Under the pieces are notes generated by a model, which was given only the letters and a program-made list of their open reading frames with translations, did not search any database and was not told where the DNA came from. DNA of 64,000 bases from an uncultured Candidatus Saccharibacteria bacterium. Its GTDB lineage: Bacteria > Patescibacteriota > Saccharimonadia > Saccharimonadales > CAZARM01. Made by a program: the position numbers and the translations under genes. Positions within the stretch are counted from its first letter, which is position 1; each line of letters begins with the position of its first letter. Shown in pieces: positions 43,863 to 52,698 of this stretch. The stretch covers positions 182-64,181 of the forward strand of contig CAZARM010000005.1 of the NCBI GenBank assembly GCA_964487615.1, given 5' to 3'.

Positions 43863-45401
43863 CTATCTTCTATATAACGAGTGGTTCTTTACCCAGCCGT
43901 GGGCGGTCCGGGTGATGTCCGCTGTGCCCTCGCCTGGTTTGTTTTGCTTGAACGTATCGAATGGTATCAGACTAAAGCCAAAGGTGCTACCCTGGCCTTC
44001 CTTACTCTGAGCCCAGATTTGTCCGCCGTGAGCGCTAATGATAGATTTGCTCAAATATAGCCCTAGGCCGGTGCCGCCAATCTCGCTACGAGTCCGGTGG
44101 TTGCGGTAAAACTTCTCAAATAAGTTGGGCAGTACACTCTCTGGTATACCGACGCCAAAGTCTTGGACAGTAGTCACGACCGTTCCGTCTTTGCCCAAAG
44201 TTGCGCTGACAATAATCTCCGGACTCTTAGCTGAGTATTTGATGGCGTTATCCAGTAGGTTGCTAATAACTTCGTAGATGCTGACCCGGTCAACAGCTAC
44301 AGTCGGTAAGCCCTCGGCGATTTTATAGGTAACATGTTTGCCGCGTACACGAGCTCGGAGTTCGGTGTCGGCGGCGGCCTTTTGCAATACGTCTGGCCAG
44401 GCTTCCTCGTGTAGCTGCAGAACCAGCTGATCGTCGTCGACGCGGGCGACATTCAGGATATTGTTAACAAAAGCGGTCAGCTGCTCGGCCGATACTTGCA
44501 TCTTGTGCATGAAGTCCTTGAGTTCGGGATTAAGCGTTTCGCCAAGCTCTTCCTCGAACACCTCAATATAACCGCGCAGGACTGTCAATGGGGTGCGCAG
44601 CTCGTGTACGGCTAGTGCTACAAAGCCCATGGCTTTGTCATCTTGGTTGTAGTGCTCGGTGCGGTCAAACAGCGTGATAATGAATTCGGTACCTGTTGGG
44701 TCGTCACGGTTGTAGTAAGCAGCCATGTCGCACTGATGCAACTTAGATTCGTCGCTGCCCCAGCGGACCCTGACGCGCTCCCAGTAGGCACTGTCGGTGA
44801 CCCGAGTTTTTTGAGCTTCATTCATCCAGACTTCCAGAGTGCGTTCACTCGGGAACTCTAGCTTAACACTAGCGAACAAGGGCTTACCAAACAGGTCGGC
44901 GCTTTGGATCCCGCAGTACTCCAGCCCCGCGGTGCTGGCATTAGTAACAAACTGCTGGCGATTGCAGACAAACATTGGGATTGGCAGATGATCAATGACA
45001 TTAGTAGCTTGGGTCACCGCCTGGCGCTTGGCGGTATCGGCTACAGCTGCCTGGCTACTGGCTAGCTGATAGATTTGTAGTGACAAGCTAGTGACTAGCT
45101 CACGACCCAGGCGGACATCATCTAGATTAGGCGCAGCCGTTCCTTGACTCTCCGGACTGACATGCAGGATAGCTTGCCAAAGCAATCGCAACGGCTCGAG
45201 TATCCCCGGAGCTATGATCAACCCCGCGCAGATAGCCAGTACGGCGACGATAGATAAGGTGGCCAGCGCACTTAGCCAACCCGGCAGATCGATTACATCA
45301 TGTAATGCCCACCAGGACAGTACGGCTAGACTGTTGGTGATCACCAGGACTAGCGTGATCCTAAGCGCTACCTGAGCTCGCAGCTTGCGGAAGTAGTCCA
45401 T
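43863..45401 (-). CDS. Sensor histidine kinase (2 TM, PAS-like, HisKA, HATPase_c)
   Basis: H box LAVHELRTPLTVL. N box NLLDNAIKYS. G boxes DFGVGI and GGTGLGL. Confidence 0.92.
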   Translation of the reverse strand: MDYFRKLRAQVALRITLVLVITNSLAVLSWWALHDVIDLPGWLSALATLSIVAVLAICAGLIIAPGILEPLRLLWQAILHVSPESQGTAAPNLDDVRLGRELVTSLSLQIYQLASSQAAVADTAKRQAVTQATNVIDHLPIPMFVCNRQQFVTNASTAGLEYCGIQSADLFGKPLFASVKLEFPSERTLEVWMNEAQKTRVTDSAYWERVRVRWGSDESKLHQCDMAAYYNRDDPTGTEFIITLFDRTEHYNQDDKAMGFVALAVHELRTPLTVLRGYIEVFEEELGETLNPELKDFMHKMQVSAEQLTAFVNNILNVARVDDDQLVLQLHEEAWPDVLQKAAADTELRARVRGKHVTYKIAEGLPTVAVDRVSIYEVISNLLDNAIKYSAKSPEIIVSATLGKDGTVVTTVQDFGVGIPESVLPNLFEKFYRNHRTRSEIGGTGLGLYLSKSIISAHGGQIWAQSKEGQGSTFGFSLIPFDTFKQNKPGEGTADITRTAHGWVKNHSLYRR

Positions 45402-45419
45402 GGGTGTGTGCCTTGATTC

Positions 45420-46625
45420 TTAGGGCGCGAACTTAATTTTGTCGGAGCCGGTTACTACTACGTACCACGTTTGTCCGGGATTAAGCTTTAGAACATTGCC
45501 ACTATTGTCCTTTAGGACGTACTGACTCTTGCGGTCAGGCTTCTCCCAGTTAGCTTCAATGGAAATGCCGTCCTGGAAGATAATGGCTTTGCCGGTGCCC
45601 AGGGTGCCGTAGACCGAATAAACTCCGTCATAGTGGTGGCTCATTATCAGCCCGACCACGACTTGGGGGGCGATTTGGTTACCGGATTTTTCGTCAACGT
45701 GGGGCTTGCCGGCCAGTACGCGTTTATAGCTGTGGGTGCTGATGTCGTAATCGAAGTGGGGGTTATAGAGTGGCCCAGAGATGGTGAAATCAAGGGTTTT
45801 GGCGGTCGGCGTGGCTGCCGGAGTAGCCGCGTCCTTGCGGGCGATGCCAGTGTAGGTACTGCTGGTGAAGCCTTTTTGTTTTTGCAGATCCAGCAATTTG
45901 GCACGCGAGGTGTAGAGGTTGTGCGGCGCGTAGCGACTGCTGACGCGTTGATAGGCACCAGGATTAGCAAACTGATCCAAATCTTTGACACCTTGGGATT
46001 TGACAAGCGCCAGGGCTGGGGCGCTGCCTCCGGCATGGGCAACGGCGGCGTCAAACGGACCCAAGAAATCCAAGTAGTATGGCCGGACGGAGCGTACTGG
46101 GCCGATGTAGTCGGGTTGTGATTCTTGGTATAGCACCAGGAAGCGGGTGATGCCGCCCTCGGCTATGGCCTCAAACACCGTATCAGCTTGGGTCAGACCG
46201 GATTGTGGGCGGGCGTCTGGGCTGTTTTCTATCATGACGGCGGTTACTGGCAGATCGTTTAATTCTCGGGCTACTTGTACGCCGGTCATCCGGGAAGGTA
46301 CGGTTGCCGATAAGGGAGCAGGTTCAGGTGCTTTTTTAACAGCCTGCGACTCCGAAGGCGGTTCGTTGTCGCTGAACCAGATCTTGGAGGCTGCAAAACC
46401 AGCCCCGCCCAATATTGCCAGGGCACACATCAGTGCCAAAAAGCGCTCTTGACGACTTAAACTCTTGAGCCACCAGTGGAGCTTCTTTGGGGCGGCTAGC
46501 AATCTCATGGGTCGGCCAGGTTTGTTTTTGGCGGCTACCTGATCCGGGGTTTGGAAGGAGTCTTGTAAGTTATTAGTATCGGGTACAGATTTCACAGCCT
46601 TAGAAGGCTTAAAGTCATCATTCAT
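45420..46625 (-). CDS. DUF3048-family secreted/membrane-anchored protein
   Basis: N-terminal TM followed by ENSPDARPQSGLTQADTVFEAIAEGGITRFLVLY ... RSVRPYYLDF, typical of DUF3048 (YerB-like). Confidence 0.7.
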   Translation of the reverse strand: MNDDFKPSKAVKSVPDTNNLQDSFQTPDQVAAKNKPGRPMRLLAAPKKLHWWLKSLSRQERFLALMCALAILGGAGFAASKIWFSDNEPPSESQAVKKAPEPAPLSATVPSRMTGVQVARELNDLPVTAVMIENSPDARPQSGLTQADTVFEAIAEGGITRFLVLYQESQPDYIGPVRSVRPYYLDFLGPFDAAVAHAGGSAPALALVKSQGVKDLDQFANPGAYQRVSSRYAPHNLYTSRAKLLDLQKQKGFTSSTYTGIARKDAATPAATPTAKTLDFTISGPLYNPHFDYDISTHSYKRVLAGKPHVDEKSGNQIAPQVVVGLIMSHHYDGVYSVYGTLGTGKAIIFQDGISIEANWEKPDRKSQYVLKDNSGNVLKLNPGQTWYVVVTGSDKIKFAP

Positions 46626-46737
46626 ATAAAAACTATTCTAGCAGCGCTTATGCTAATGAGTCAAAGTGCCTTCTATCTTTGGGGCCCTACCTCCAGGAAA
46701 GCTACCGTTCAAATGTTTTGCCACAAAACGGTTATTC

Positions 46738-46766
46738 TTGCAAATACGCGACTTTTAAGGTATAAT
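46738..46766 (+). promoter_or_regulatory. Consensus promoter (TTGCAA-N17-TATAAT) 10 nt upstream of the ATPase start codon
   Basis: TTGCAA 46738-46743, TATAAT 46761-46766, ATG 46777. No SD, so the mRNA is leaderless or has a very short leader. Confidence 0.55.
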
Positions 46767-46776
46767 TTCCCCCAGT

Positions 46777-49356
46777 ATGTTTTTCCGAAAAATGCAAAGT
46801 ACCGCTGCTGTTGATGACGGAGCAGTCTTGCTCCTACAAATCCCCCGCACCAACGAGAAAAAAGAGCTGGCCGCCGAGCAAATGTTTGCTAGCCTGCATG
46901 GCTTGCTGACCACCGCTGACAAGACGTTTTTTAAGGCGCCGGTGCACGAGCGCATTAGTTTTGAAATTATTGTTCAATCTAAGCGCATCTGTTTCTATGT
47001 CTGGGTCCCCCAACACCTCAAAAGCTTCGTAGAAGAGCAGATCTATGCCCAGTACCCCACGGTTCACATCTCTGAGGTTGAAGATTATACCGATAACAAG
47101 GCCCAAGCCTATCCGACTAAGCTCATCGGCGAGCTCAAGCTAATCGGCAACGATGCCCTGCCGATAAAAACCTTCCCCAGCTTTGAAGTCGACCCTTTGG
47201 CAGCCATCACCGCCACTCTGGCAAAATTTGAGGATGATGAAGAAGCTTGGCTGCAACTAGTTATGCGCCCAGCGCCTAGCGATTGGCACAAAAAGAGTGA
47301 GAAATACATCGGTAGTATCCGCAACAAAACCGTTGGGGGTAGCAGCAGCTTCGGAGTGGCCACGGCTCTATGGGCACCTCCCGAAGGCAAGAGTGGTGGT
47401 AGCACGGCAGCTAAACTCGCGGAGTACGAAACCGCTCGGGCCAGTGGTGCCGAGAGCAAAGCACAAAAGCTGGCTTACGAAGTGAGCTTGCGCATTGTCT
47501 ACTTGGGCAATGCTTCGCCGGCACATGCCCGGATGCGCATCCAGGCCATTACGGCCAGTTTTAAACAATTCAACACTACCTATCTCAACGGCTTCACGCA
47601 GGATTACTTAACAGAAGATATACGCTTCTTGGATTTGTACCGTAATCGAGAGTTCAAAGGCCGCGGCTTTATGTGCAACATCGAGGAAGTCGCCAGCGTC
47701 TACCACCTGCCGCACACCAATGTCGAGACGCCTAACATCCTGTGGGCGAATGCCAAAACAGCCGAACCGCCAGCCAATGTTCCGTTAGTTTCAGAAGCTA
47801 ACCGGGATGTTATTAGCCCGATTGCGGTGACTAATTTCCGGGGGCACAACACCATGTTTGGACTGCCCCGCGAAGATCGTGGTCGGCACTTATATATCAT
47901 TGGTCAAACCGGCACCGGTAAATCTGGGTTGTTGGAGCTGATGACCATCTCGGATATTTATAGTCCCTACGGTTTTGCCGTCATAGACCCACACGGTGAT
48001 TACGCCCTCAATATCCTGCGACGCATTCCGCCAGAGCGCGCCAAAGACGTCTTGTACTTTAACCCCGCGGACACGGACTTCCCCATTGCCTTTAACCCCA
48101 TGGAAGTTTTAGACGAAAAGCTCAAGACCCACACCGCTTCAGAGCTGATTGGCGTATTAAAACGTATGTTTGAATCCTGGGGTCCTAGACTGGAATACAT
48201 CCTGCGCTACTCGCTGTTGGCACTGCTTGACTACCCCGATGCCACGATGCTGGACATTACCCGAATCCTAACGGACAAAAAGTTCCGTGAAGACGTCCTA
48301 ACCTACGTCCAGGATCCGGTGGTTAGAAACTTCTGGCAGATTGAGTTTGCTAGCTGGAATGACAAGTTTGCCGCCGAAGCTGTAGCGCCAGTTCTGAACA
48401 AAGTCGGGGCCTTCACCGCTAACCCGACGGTGCGTAATATCATTGGCCAGCCCAAGAGCACTTTTAACATCCGTCAGATTATGGATGAGCGCAAGATCTT
48501 GATTGTTAACCTGTCACGCGGACTAATAGGCGAAGACAACGCCGCTTTGCTAGGCGCCCTGATGGTTACCAAGATCCAGATGGCAGCCATGAGCCGGGCC
48601 GACCAAGACCAAGAAGCTCGGGTGCCCTTCTATCTCTACGTCGACGAATTCCAAAACTTTGCCACCGATTCATTTGCCACAATCCTGTCGGAGGCCCGTA
48701 AATACGCTCTCAACCTGACGGTCGCCAACCAGTACATCGCCCAGATGATGGACACCGTTAAGGACGCTGTCTTCGGTAACGTCGGCTCGATCCTGTCCTT
48801 CCGTACTAGCGCTGACGATGCCCGCACCATGATGAAGTATTTCGAGCCGCAGTTTACCGATTTTGACATCGTCCACATGCACAACCGCCACTTTGCGTTA
48901 TCGATGACCATCGAGGGCGAGAAAGCCCAAGCCTTCTCGGCGACCACATTGAATCTACCAGAAGCCGGACCAGATAATAGCGCCGAGATCATTGCTCACA
49001 GCCGGGAAAAATACGCTGTGCCACGCGCTGGCATCGAAGAATTCATGAATAAACGCTACGTGACACCTAGTAAGAACGCCACCTCCGGCCAAACCCCACG
49101 GGCGCATTATGACAAACCTAGGGAGCAGAGGCCAGATAATAGAGTTCAGAGTTTAGAGGACGGAGATCAGGCAGCTGCATTGGCGCCGAAGGAGCCAGCC
49201 ACACCACAAGGAATGGCCAAGAGTATTCTGAACCTGAGTGGTGCAGAAAAGCCCAAGCGCAAACGGACTCGCACCCGTCGCAAGAAAAACCCCGAAGCAC
49301 CAACCCAAACTCCCGTTACCCAAAAGGACGATGAGACGGTACTAAAACTGCACTAA
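46777..49356 (+). CDS. FtsK/HerA-superfamily P-loop ATPase, TraD/VirD4-coupling-protein-like, with large N-terminal domain of unknown function
   Basis: Walker A IIGQTGTGKSGL, then IDPHGDY, Walker B YLYVDEFQNF, and a basic C-terminal tail KPKRKRTRTRRKK. Confidence 0.75.
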   Translation: MFFRKMQSTAAVDDGAVLLLQIPRTNEKKELAAEQMFASLHGLLTTADKTFFKAPVHERISFEIIVQSKRICFYVWVPQHLKSFVEEQIYAQYPTVHISEVEDYTDNKAQAYPTKLIGELKLIGNDALPIKTFPSFEVDPLAAITATLAKFEDDEEAWLQLVMRPAPSDWHKKSEKYIGSIRNKTVGGSSSFGVATALWAPPEGKSGGSTAAKLAEYETARASGAESKAQKLAYEVSLRIVYLGNASPAHARMRIQAITASFKQFNTTYLNGFTQDYLTEDIRFLDLYRNREFKGRGFMCNIEEVASVYHLPHTNVETPNILWANAKTAEPPANVPLVSEANRDVISPIAVTNFRGHNTMFGLPREDRGRHLYIIGQTGTGKSGLLELMTISDIYSPYGFAVIDPHGDYALNILRRIPPERAKDVLYFNPADTDFPIAFNPMEVLDEKLKTHTASELIGVLKRMFESWGPRLEYILRYSLLALLDYPDATMLDITRILTDKKFREDVLTYVQDPVVRNFWQIEFASWNDKFAAEAVAPVLNKVGAFTANPTVRNIIGQPKSTFNIRQIMDERKILIVNLSRGLIGEDNAALLGALMVTKIQMAAMSRADQDQEARVPFYLYVDEFQNFATDSFATILSEARKYALNLTVANQYIAQMMDTVKDAVFGNVGSILSFRTSADDARTMMKYFEPQFTDFDIVHMHNRHFALSMTIEGEKAQAFSATTLNLPEAGPDNSAEIIAHSREKYAVPRAGIEEFMNKRYVTPSKNATSGQTPRAHYDKPREQRPDNRVQSLEDGDQAAALAPKEPATPQGMAKSILNLSGAEKPKRKRTRTRRKKNPEAPTQTPVTQKDDETVLKLH

Positions 49357-49781
49357 CGCGCACGCTTACGGGGCAAAAAATCTACTTTTGTTTCTCGCAT
49401 GATCTGACAATTATCTCCGCCTTCTTCAAAATCCTGGCAGGCTTGCGGACGCCGAGGGTACGTTCCACAATATCGTTTACCATCAGGGGTGGTTCGTAGC
49501 CATCCACAAGTCCCGATTAACATATATCTTCCAAAACCCGCAGAGAGAGGCTCGTACGGATTTTCGGCATCTACCAGCCACTTTATTGTTCTTCTGTCAG
49601 CATCTATTTCCATTGCTTGCGGATAGATCACGTCATCACGATCAAAGCTAGCGGGTTCAGCGATGGACTGAAATACTGTCCCTGCTGATTCAAGGCTAGC
49701 CTTTTCTAGCAAGCTGAGTTGCATCGTCTGTGGCCCTATACAGCAGGCTCCAAAACAGTCATGACACGATATCTCTGACAC
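49353..49781 (-). CDS. YkgJ-family cysteine-cluster protein (UPF0153)
   Basis: N-terminal CHDCFGACC (CxxCxxCC) plus a C-terminal Cys cluster. Confidence 0.65.
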   Translation of the reverse strand: MSEISCHDCFGACCIGPQTMQLSLLEKASLESAGTVFQSIAEPASFDRDDVIYPQAMEIDADRRTIKWLVDAENPYEPLSAGFGRYMLIGTCGWLRTTPDGKRYCGTYPRRPQACQDFEEGGDNCQIMRETKVDFLPRKRAR

Positions 49782-49782
49782 T

Positions 49783-51186
49783 TTATAGAGCTTCTATTTG
49801 TCGATCGAGGCGGCGTAGGCTAAGTTCTTTGCCTAAAACCGCCAAAGTTTCGGCTAAGCCGGGACTAGAGGGGCTCTGGGTGGTGGCTATGCGGATTAGG
49901 CTGAATAGGACGGCTGGTTTTTGGCCAGTTTTTTCTAGCAATTGGTTTAACCGCCCCTGTAAATCGTCCAGTGTAAAATCGCTCTGCTCCAAGCTATCCC
50001 TGGCCGTACAGAGCCAATGTGAGAGGTCCGTCCTCTCACATTTCCCGAGTTGTTTGTGATTGGTAATCAGTTCAGGATTCACAGGGAGATCAGCAAAGAA
50101 AAACTTGGTGAGATTTGCGAGCTCACCGAAATATTTCAGACGTTCCTGAACCAGGGCAAGGACAGTTTTCTTGTACGCTTCGCTGGCATCCTTGGCCTCC
50201 GCGGGCCAATAGCTCTCGCAGCGTTTATATAGATCGTCTAGGGGTAATCCACGGATAAAGTGGCCGTTGACCCATAGTAGCCGTTGCTCGTCAAAACGAG
50301 CACCGCTCTTCTGTACTTTATCTAGACTGAATTTTTGAATTAGCTCATTGGTAGTAAAGACCTCTTGGGTGGTGCCATCGTTCCAACCTAGCGTGGCTAT
50401 AAAGCTAACCAGGGCCTCTGGCAAGTAGCCGTCACGGATATAATCCAGTACGTCCTTGGCGCCGTCGCGCTTGGACAGCTTCTTGTGCCCGTCTGGACCC
50501 AGAATATGGGGCATGGTGGCCATAATAGGCGGTTTCAGCTCCAATGCCTCGTACAGATTAAGGTAGTTCGGGGTGCTAGCTAAGAACTCCTGACCACGGA
50601 TGACATGGCTAATCTTCATGTCAGCGTCGTCGACGATGTGGGAAAAGTTATATGTCGGGTAGCCATCAGATTTGATTAGCACAAAGTCGTCTACCCCTTC
50701 AGGTCCGGTAGAAATCTCGCCCATGACTTCGTCGTGCCAGGTGTAGGCTTTGGGCTCCGACTTAAAGCGTAGCGGCTGACTACCATCCCAGGCCGGCAGA
50801 TCTTGGGGTCGATGATTGCGGTACAGAAAAGGCTTCTTACTTGCCACGGCTTCGTCCCTAAATTTTTGAACTTCCTGTGTGCTGTATGGATCAGCATAAG
50901 CACGGCCACTGTCGATTAATTTATGAGCCCATGTTTTATATAGACTGAGGCGTTCGCTTTGGCGTATCGGTCCTTCGTCAGGCTTGAGGCCTAGGGCATT
51001 TAGGCTGTCGACTATGTGCTGCCCGGCGCCTTCTACCTCCCGTTTTTGGTCAGTGTCTTCCAGACGCAAGATAAAAACACCGTTGTTTTGCCTAGCTACC
51101 AGCCATGCGAATAATGCTGTGCGAATACCACCGACGTGTAGCAATCCAGTTGGTGATGGAGCAAAGCGGGTTCGAACGATGTTCAT
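49783..51186 (-). CDS. gltX: Glutamate--tRNA ligase
   Basis: RTRFAPSPTGLLHVGGIRTALF (HIGH region) and KLSKRDG (KMSKS). Carries one copy of the 23-bp palindrome in the C-terminal domain. Confidence 0.96.
   Translation of the reverse strand: MNIVRTRFAPSPTGLLHVGGIRTALFAWLVARQNNGVFILRLEDTDQKREVEGAGQHIVDSLNALGLKPDEGPIRQSERLSLYKTWAHKLIDSGRAYADPYSTQEVQKFRDEAVASKKPFLYRNHRPQDLPAWDGSQPLRFKSEPKAYTWHDEVMGEISTGPEGVDDFVLIKSDGYPTYNFSHIVDDADMKISHVIRGQEFLASTPNYLNLYEALELKPPIMATMPHILGPDGHKKLSKRDGAKDVLDYIRDGYLPEALVSFIATLGWNDGTTQEVFTTNELIQKFSLDKVQKSGARFDEQRLLWVNGHFIRGLPLDDLYKRCESYWPAEAKDASEAYKKTVLALVQERLKYFGELANLTKFFFADLPVNPELITNHKQLGKCERTDLSHWLCTARDSLEQSDFTLDDLQGRLNQLLEKTGQKPAVLFSLIRIATTQSPSSPGLAETLAVLGKELSLRRLDRQIEAL
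50018..50040. repeat. 23-bp palindromic element, copy 3 (inside gltX)
   Basis: Exact TGTGAGAGGTCCGTCCTCTCACA, translated as CERTDLSH as in umuC copy 2. Confidence 0.9.
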
Positions 51187-51227
51187 ATAGGTCTATTGTA
51201 CGGGAAACAGAGGCCGGTTGGCTACTT

Positions 51228-51446
51228 TTAGATTTTCTTAGAGCGGTGTGCGGCAACGAACAAGCCCACCATTGCCGCAGCAGCTAACCCCACTACCACA
51301 TACTGACCACCTTCAATATTTTTGGTATCACTATGCGTCACTGTATCGTAGGGCATCTCAGCAGTGGTTGCGGTGACCTCATAACCTGGCCCCAGAAACA
51401 GATCTGGTTGGCCATTCCCAGGAATAATAGACAAATTTTCACTCAT
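51228..51446 (-). CDS. Small tail-anchored protein (C-terminal TM + basic tail)
   Basis: 72 aa ending GGQYVVVGLAAAAMVGLFVAAHRSKKI. No N-terminal signal peptide and no LPXTG. Confidence 0.45.
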   Translation of the reverse strand: MSENLSIIPGNGQPDLFLGPGYEVTATTAEMPYDTVTHSDTKNIEGGQYVVVGLAAAAMVGLFVAAHRSKKI

Positions 51447-51484
51447 AAGCCGAGTACTATAACATGCATTCTGTAGTGTGGCAA

Positions 51485-52576
51485 CTAAAAACTACTCACC
51501 ACTCGCAGTAGCTGGTCGCTGTTAAGGCCAGAGCCATCTACCTCGTACAGGATACCGTTGTCTACCCATGTAGCTTTGTTTTGATCGCTAATATATATAG
51601 TTTTACCGCCACGTTCTACAGTTTGGTACGATGTATTTAGACCAAGTACCTCGGTGGGTTGCAACGAGGCATTACTCAGATTGGTTGATTTTTGAGTGAC
51701 GGTGTAGCTGCGGTCGTCACTGTTTGACCTGTAGCTGACTTGGATTTGACCAGGGCTGTAGCCAATGGCGCCATTGAGTGAAAAACCAGCAGCCTGATAA
51801 CCGGGCAGTCGAGCGGCTACCCCTGCCCGCTTGGCCGCGATGCCCATTGCTAGGTTAGGTATATTGTGATGAACAAAAAACCCGCCGATACCAAGTAATA
51901 GAATCAGAACAGCGGCCGCCCTCACGACTTTCGGAGAAACCCTCATATGGCGGGCTGTTCGGTTGGTACGACTAGCTTTTTTGGGCTGCACTTGGGTGTG
52001 ACTGATGGCCGTCGCCAGAGCATTCTCAAACGGGTTGGCATGACTAACAGTGTGCCCTTTAGGTATGCTGAGTACGGCCTTTTCAAAGTGGTCGTCCAAT
52101 ACTGGTGCACGTGGTATCGCGTCAGGCTCGGGCTGTACGCTAAGCGGTGTTAGTTGAGGCGCAATCGAACTGACATGTCGAGGACCAAAACGGCTGATCA
52201 GATGACTCTTCGGAATATGTGCAGATCGGGCCACCCGCCCTACATCAATAATCGTTGACTTGGTAATGGCGTGAGTTGGCTGGTGTTTTTGATGAGTGGG
52301 TTTGTGGACAGCGCTACGCATTAAAGTTTTGGACCTCTGAACTTTTTTAGCTGCCGCTGGAGCTGGAGAGTGTGGGGCATGAGAACGGGGTTTAGCAACG
52401 CCATCAATTGCGCTTCCGTCGCTGATTGGGATGGGTGTTGGTGTAGGTTTTGGCATAGTGTTGGTTGAAGGCTTTGGATTCTGGGGGAGTGAAGTATGGT
52501 GAGTGCTGGAGTGGCCAGCCTTTAGATCGTAGACCTTTCCATTGAGTTCGATGACGCTAGTGTGTGGCTTGCCCAC
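51485..52576 (-). CDS. Hypothetical bitopic protein (His/Pro-rich cytoplasmic N-terminus, one TM, extracytoplasmic C-domain)
   Basis: 363 aa with TM VVRAAAVLILLLGIGGFFV. The N-terminal region is compositionally similar to the sortase N-extension. Confidence 0.55.
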   Translation of the reverse strand: MGKPHTSVIELNGKVYDLKAGHSSTHHTSLPQNPKPSTNTMPKPTPTPIPISDGSAIDGVAKPRSHAPHSPAPAAAKKVQRSKTLMRSAVHKPTHQKHQPTHAITKSTIIDVGRVARSAHIPKSHLISRFGPRHVSSIAPQLTPLSVQPEPDAIPRAPVLDDHFEKAVLSIPKGHTVSHANPFENALATAISHTQVQPKKASRTNRTARHMRVSPKVVRAAAVLILLLGIGGFFVHHNIPNLAMGIAAKRAGVAARLPGYQAAGFSLNGAIGYSPGQIQVSYRSNSDDRSYTVTQKSTNLSNASLQPTEVLGLNTSYQTVERGGKTIYISDQNKATWVDNGILYEVDGSGLNSDQLLRVVSSF

Positions 52577-52698
52577 GTTTATGTGTTCCCTCTCGCTATT
52601 TTTTTGGTAATTCGTTTGATTCTAATCTTACCCCTTATGGTAGAGTGACGCAAGAGCTTCGTGATGTCGCATAAGCAGCGTATACTGGAAGACACATT

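Noticed and set aside
41870-50040. The 23-bp palindrome as a sequencing-adapter or assembly artefact.
   Set aside because: It does not match any adapter sequence I know (Illumina, Nextera, SMRTbell). All copies preserve long intact reading frames of conserved genes. Raw-read inspection would still be prudent.
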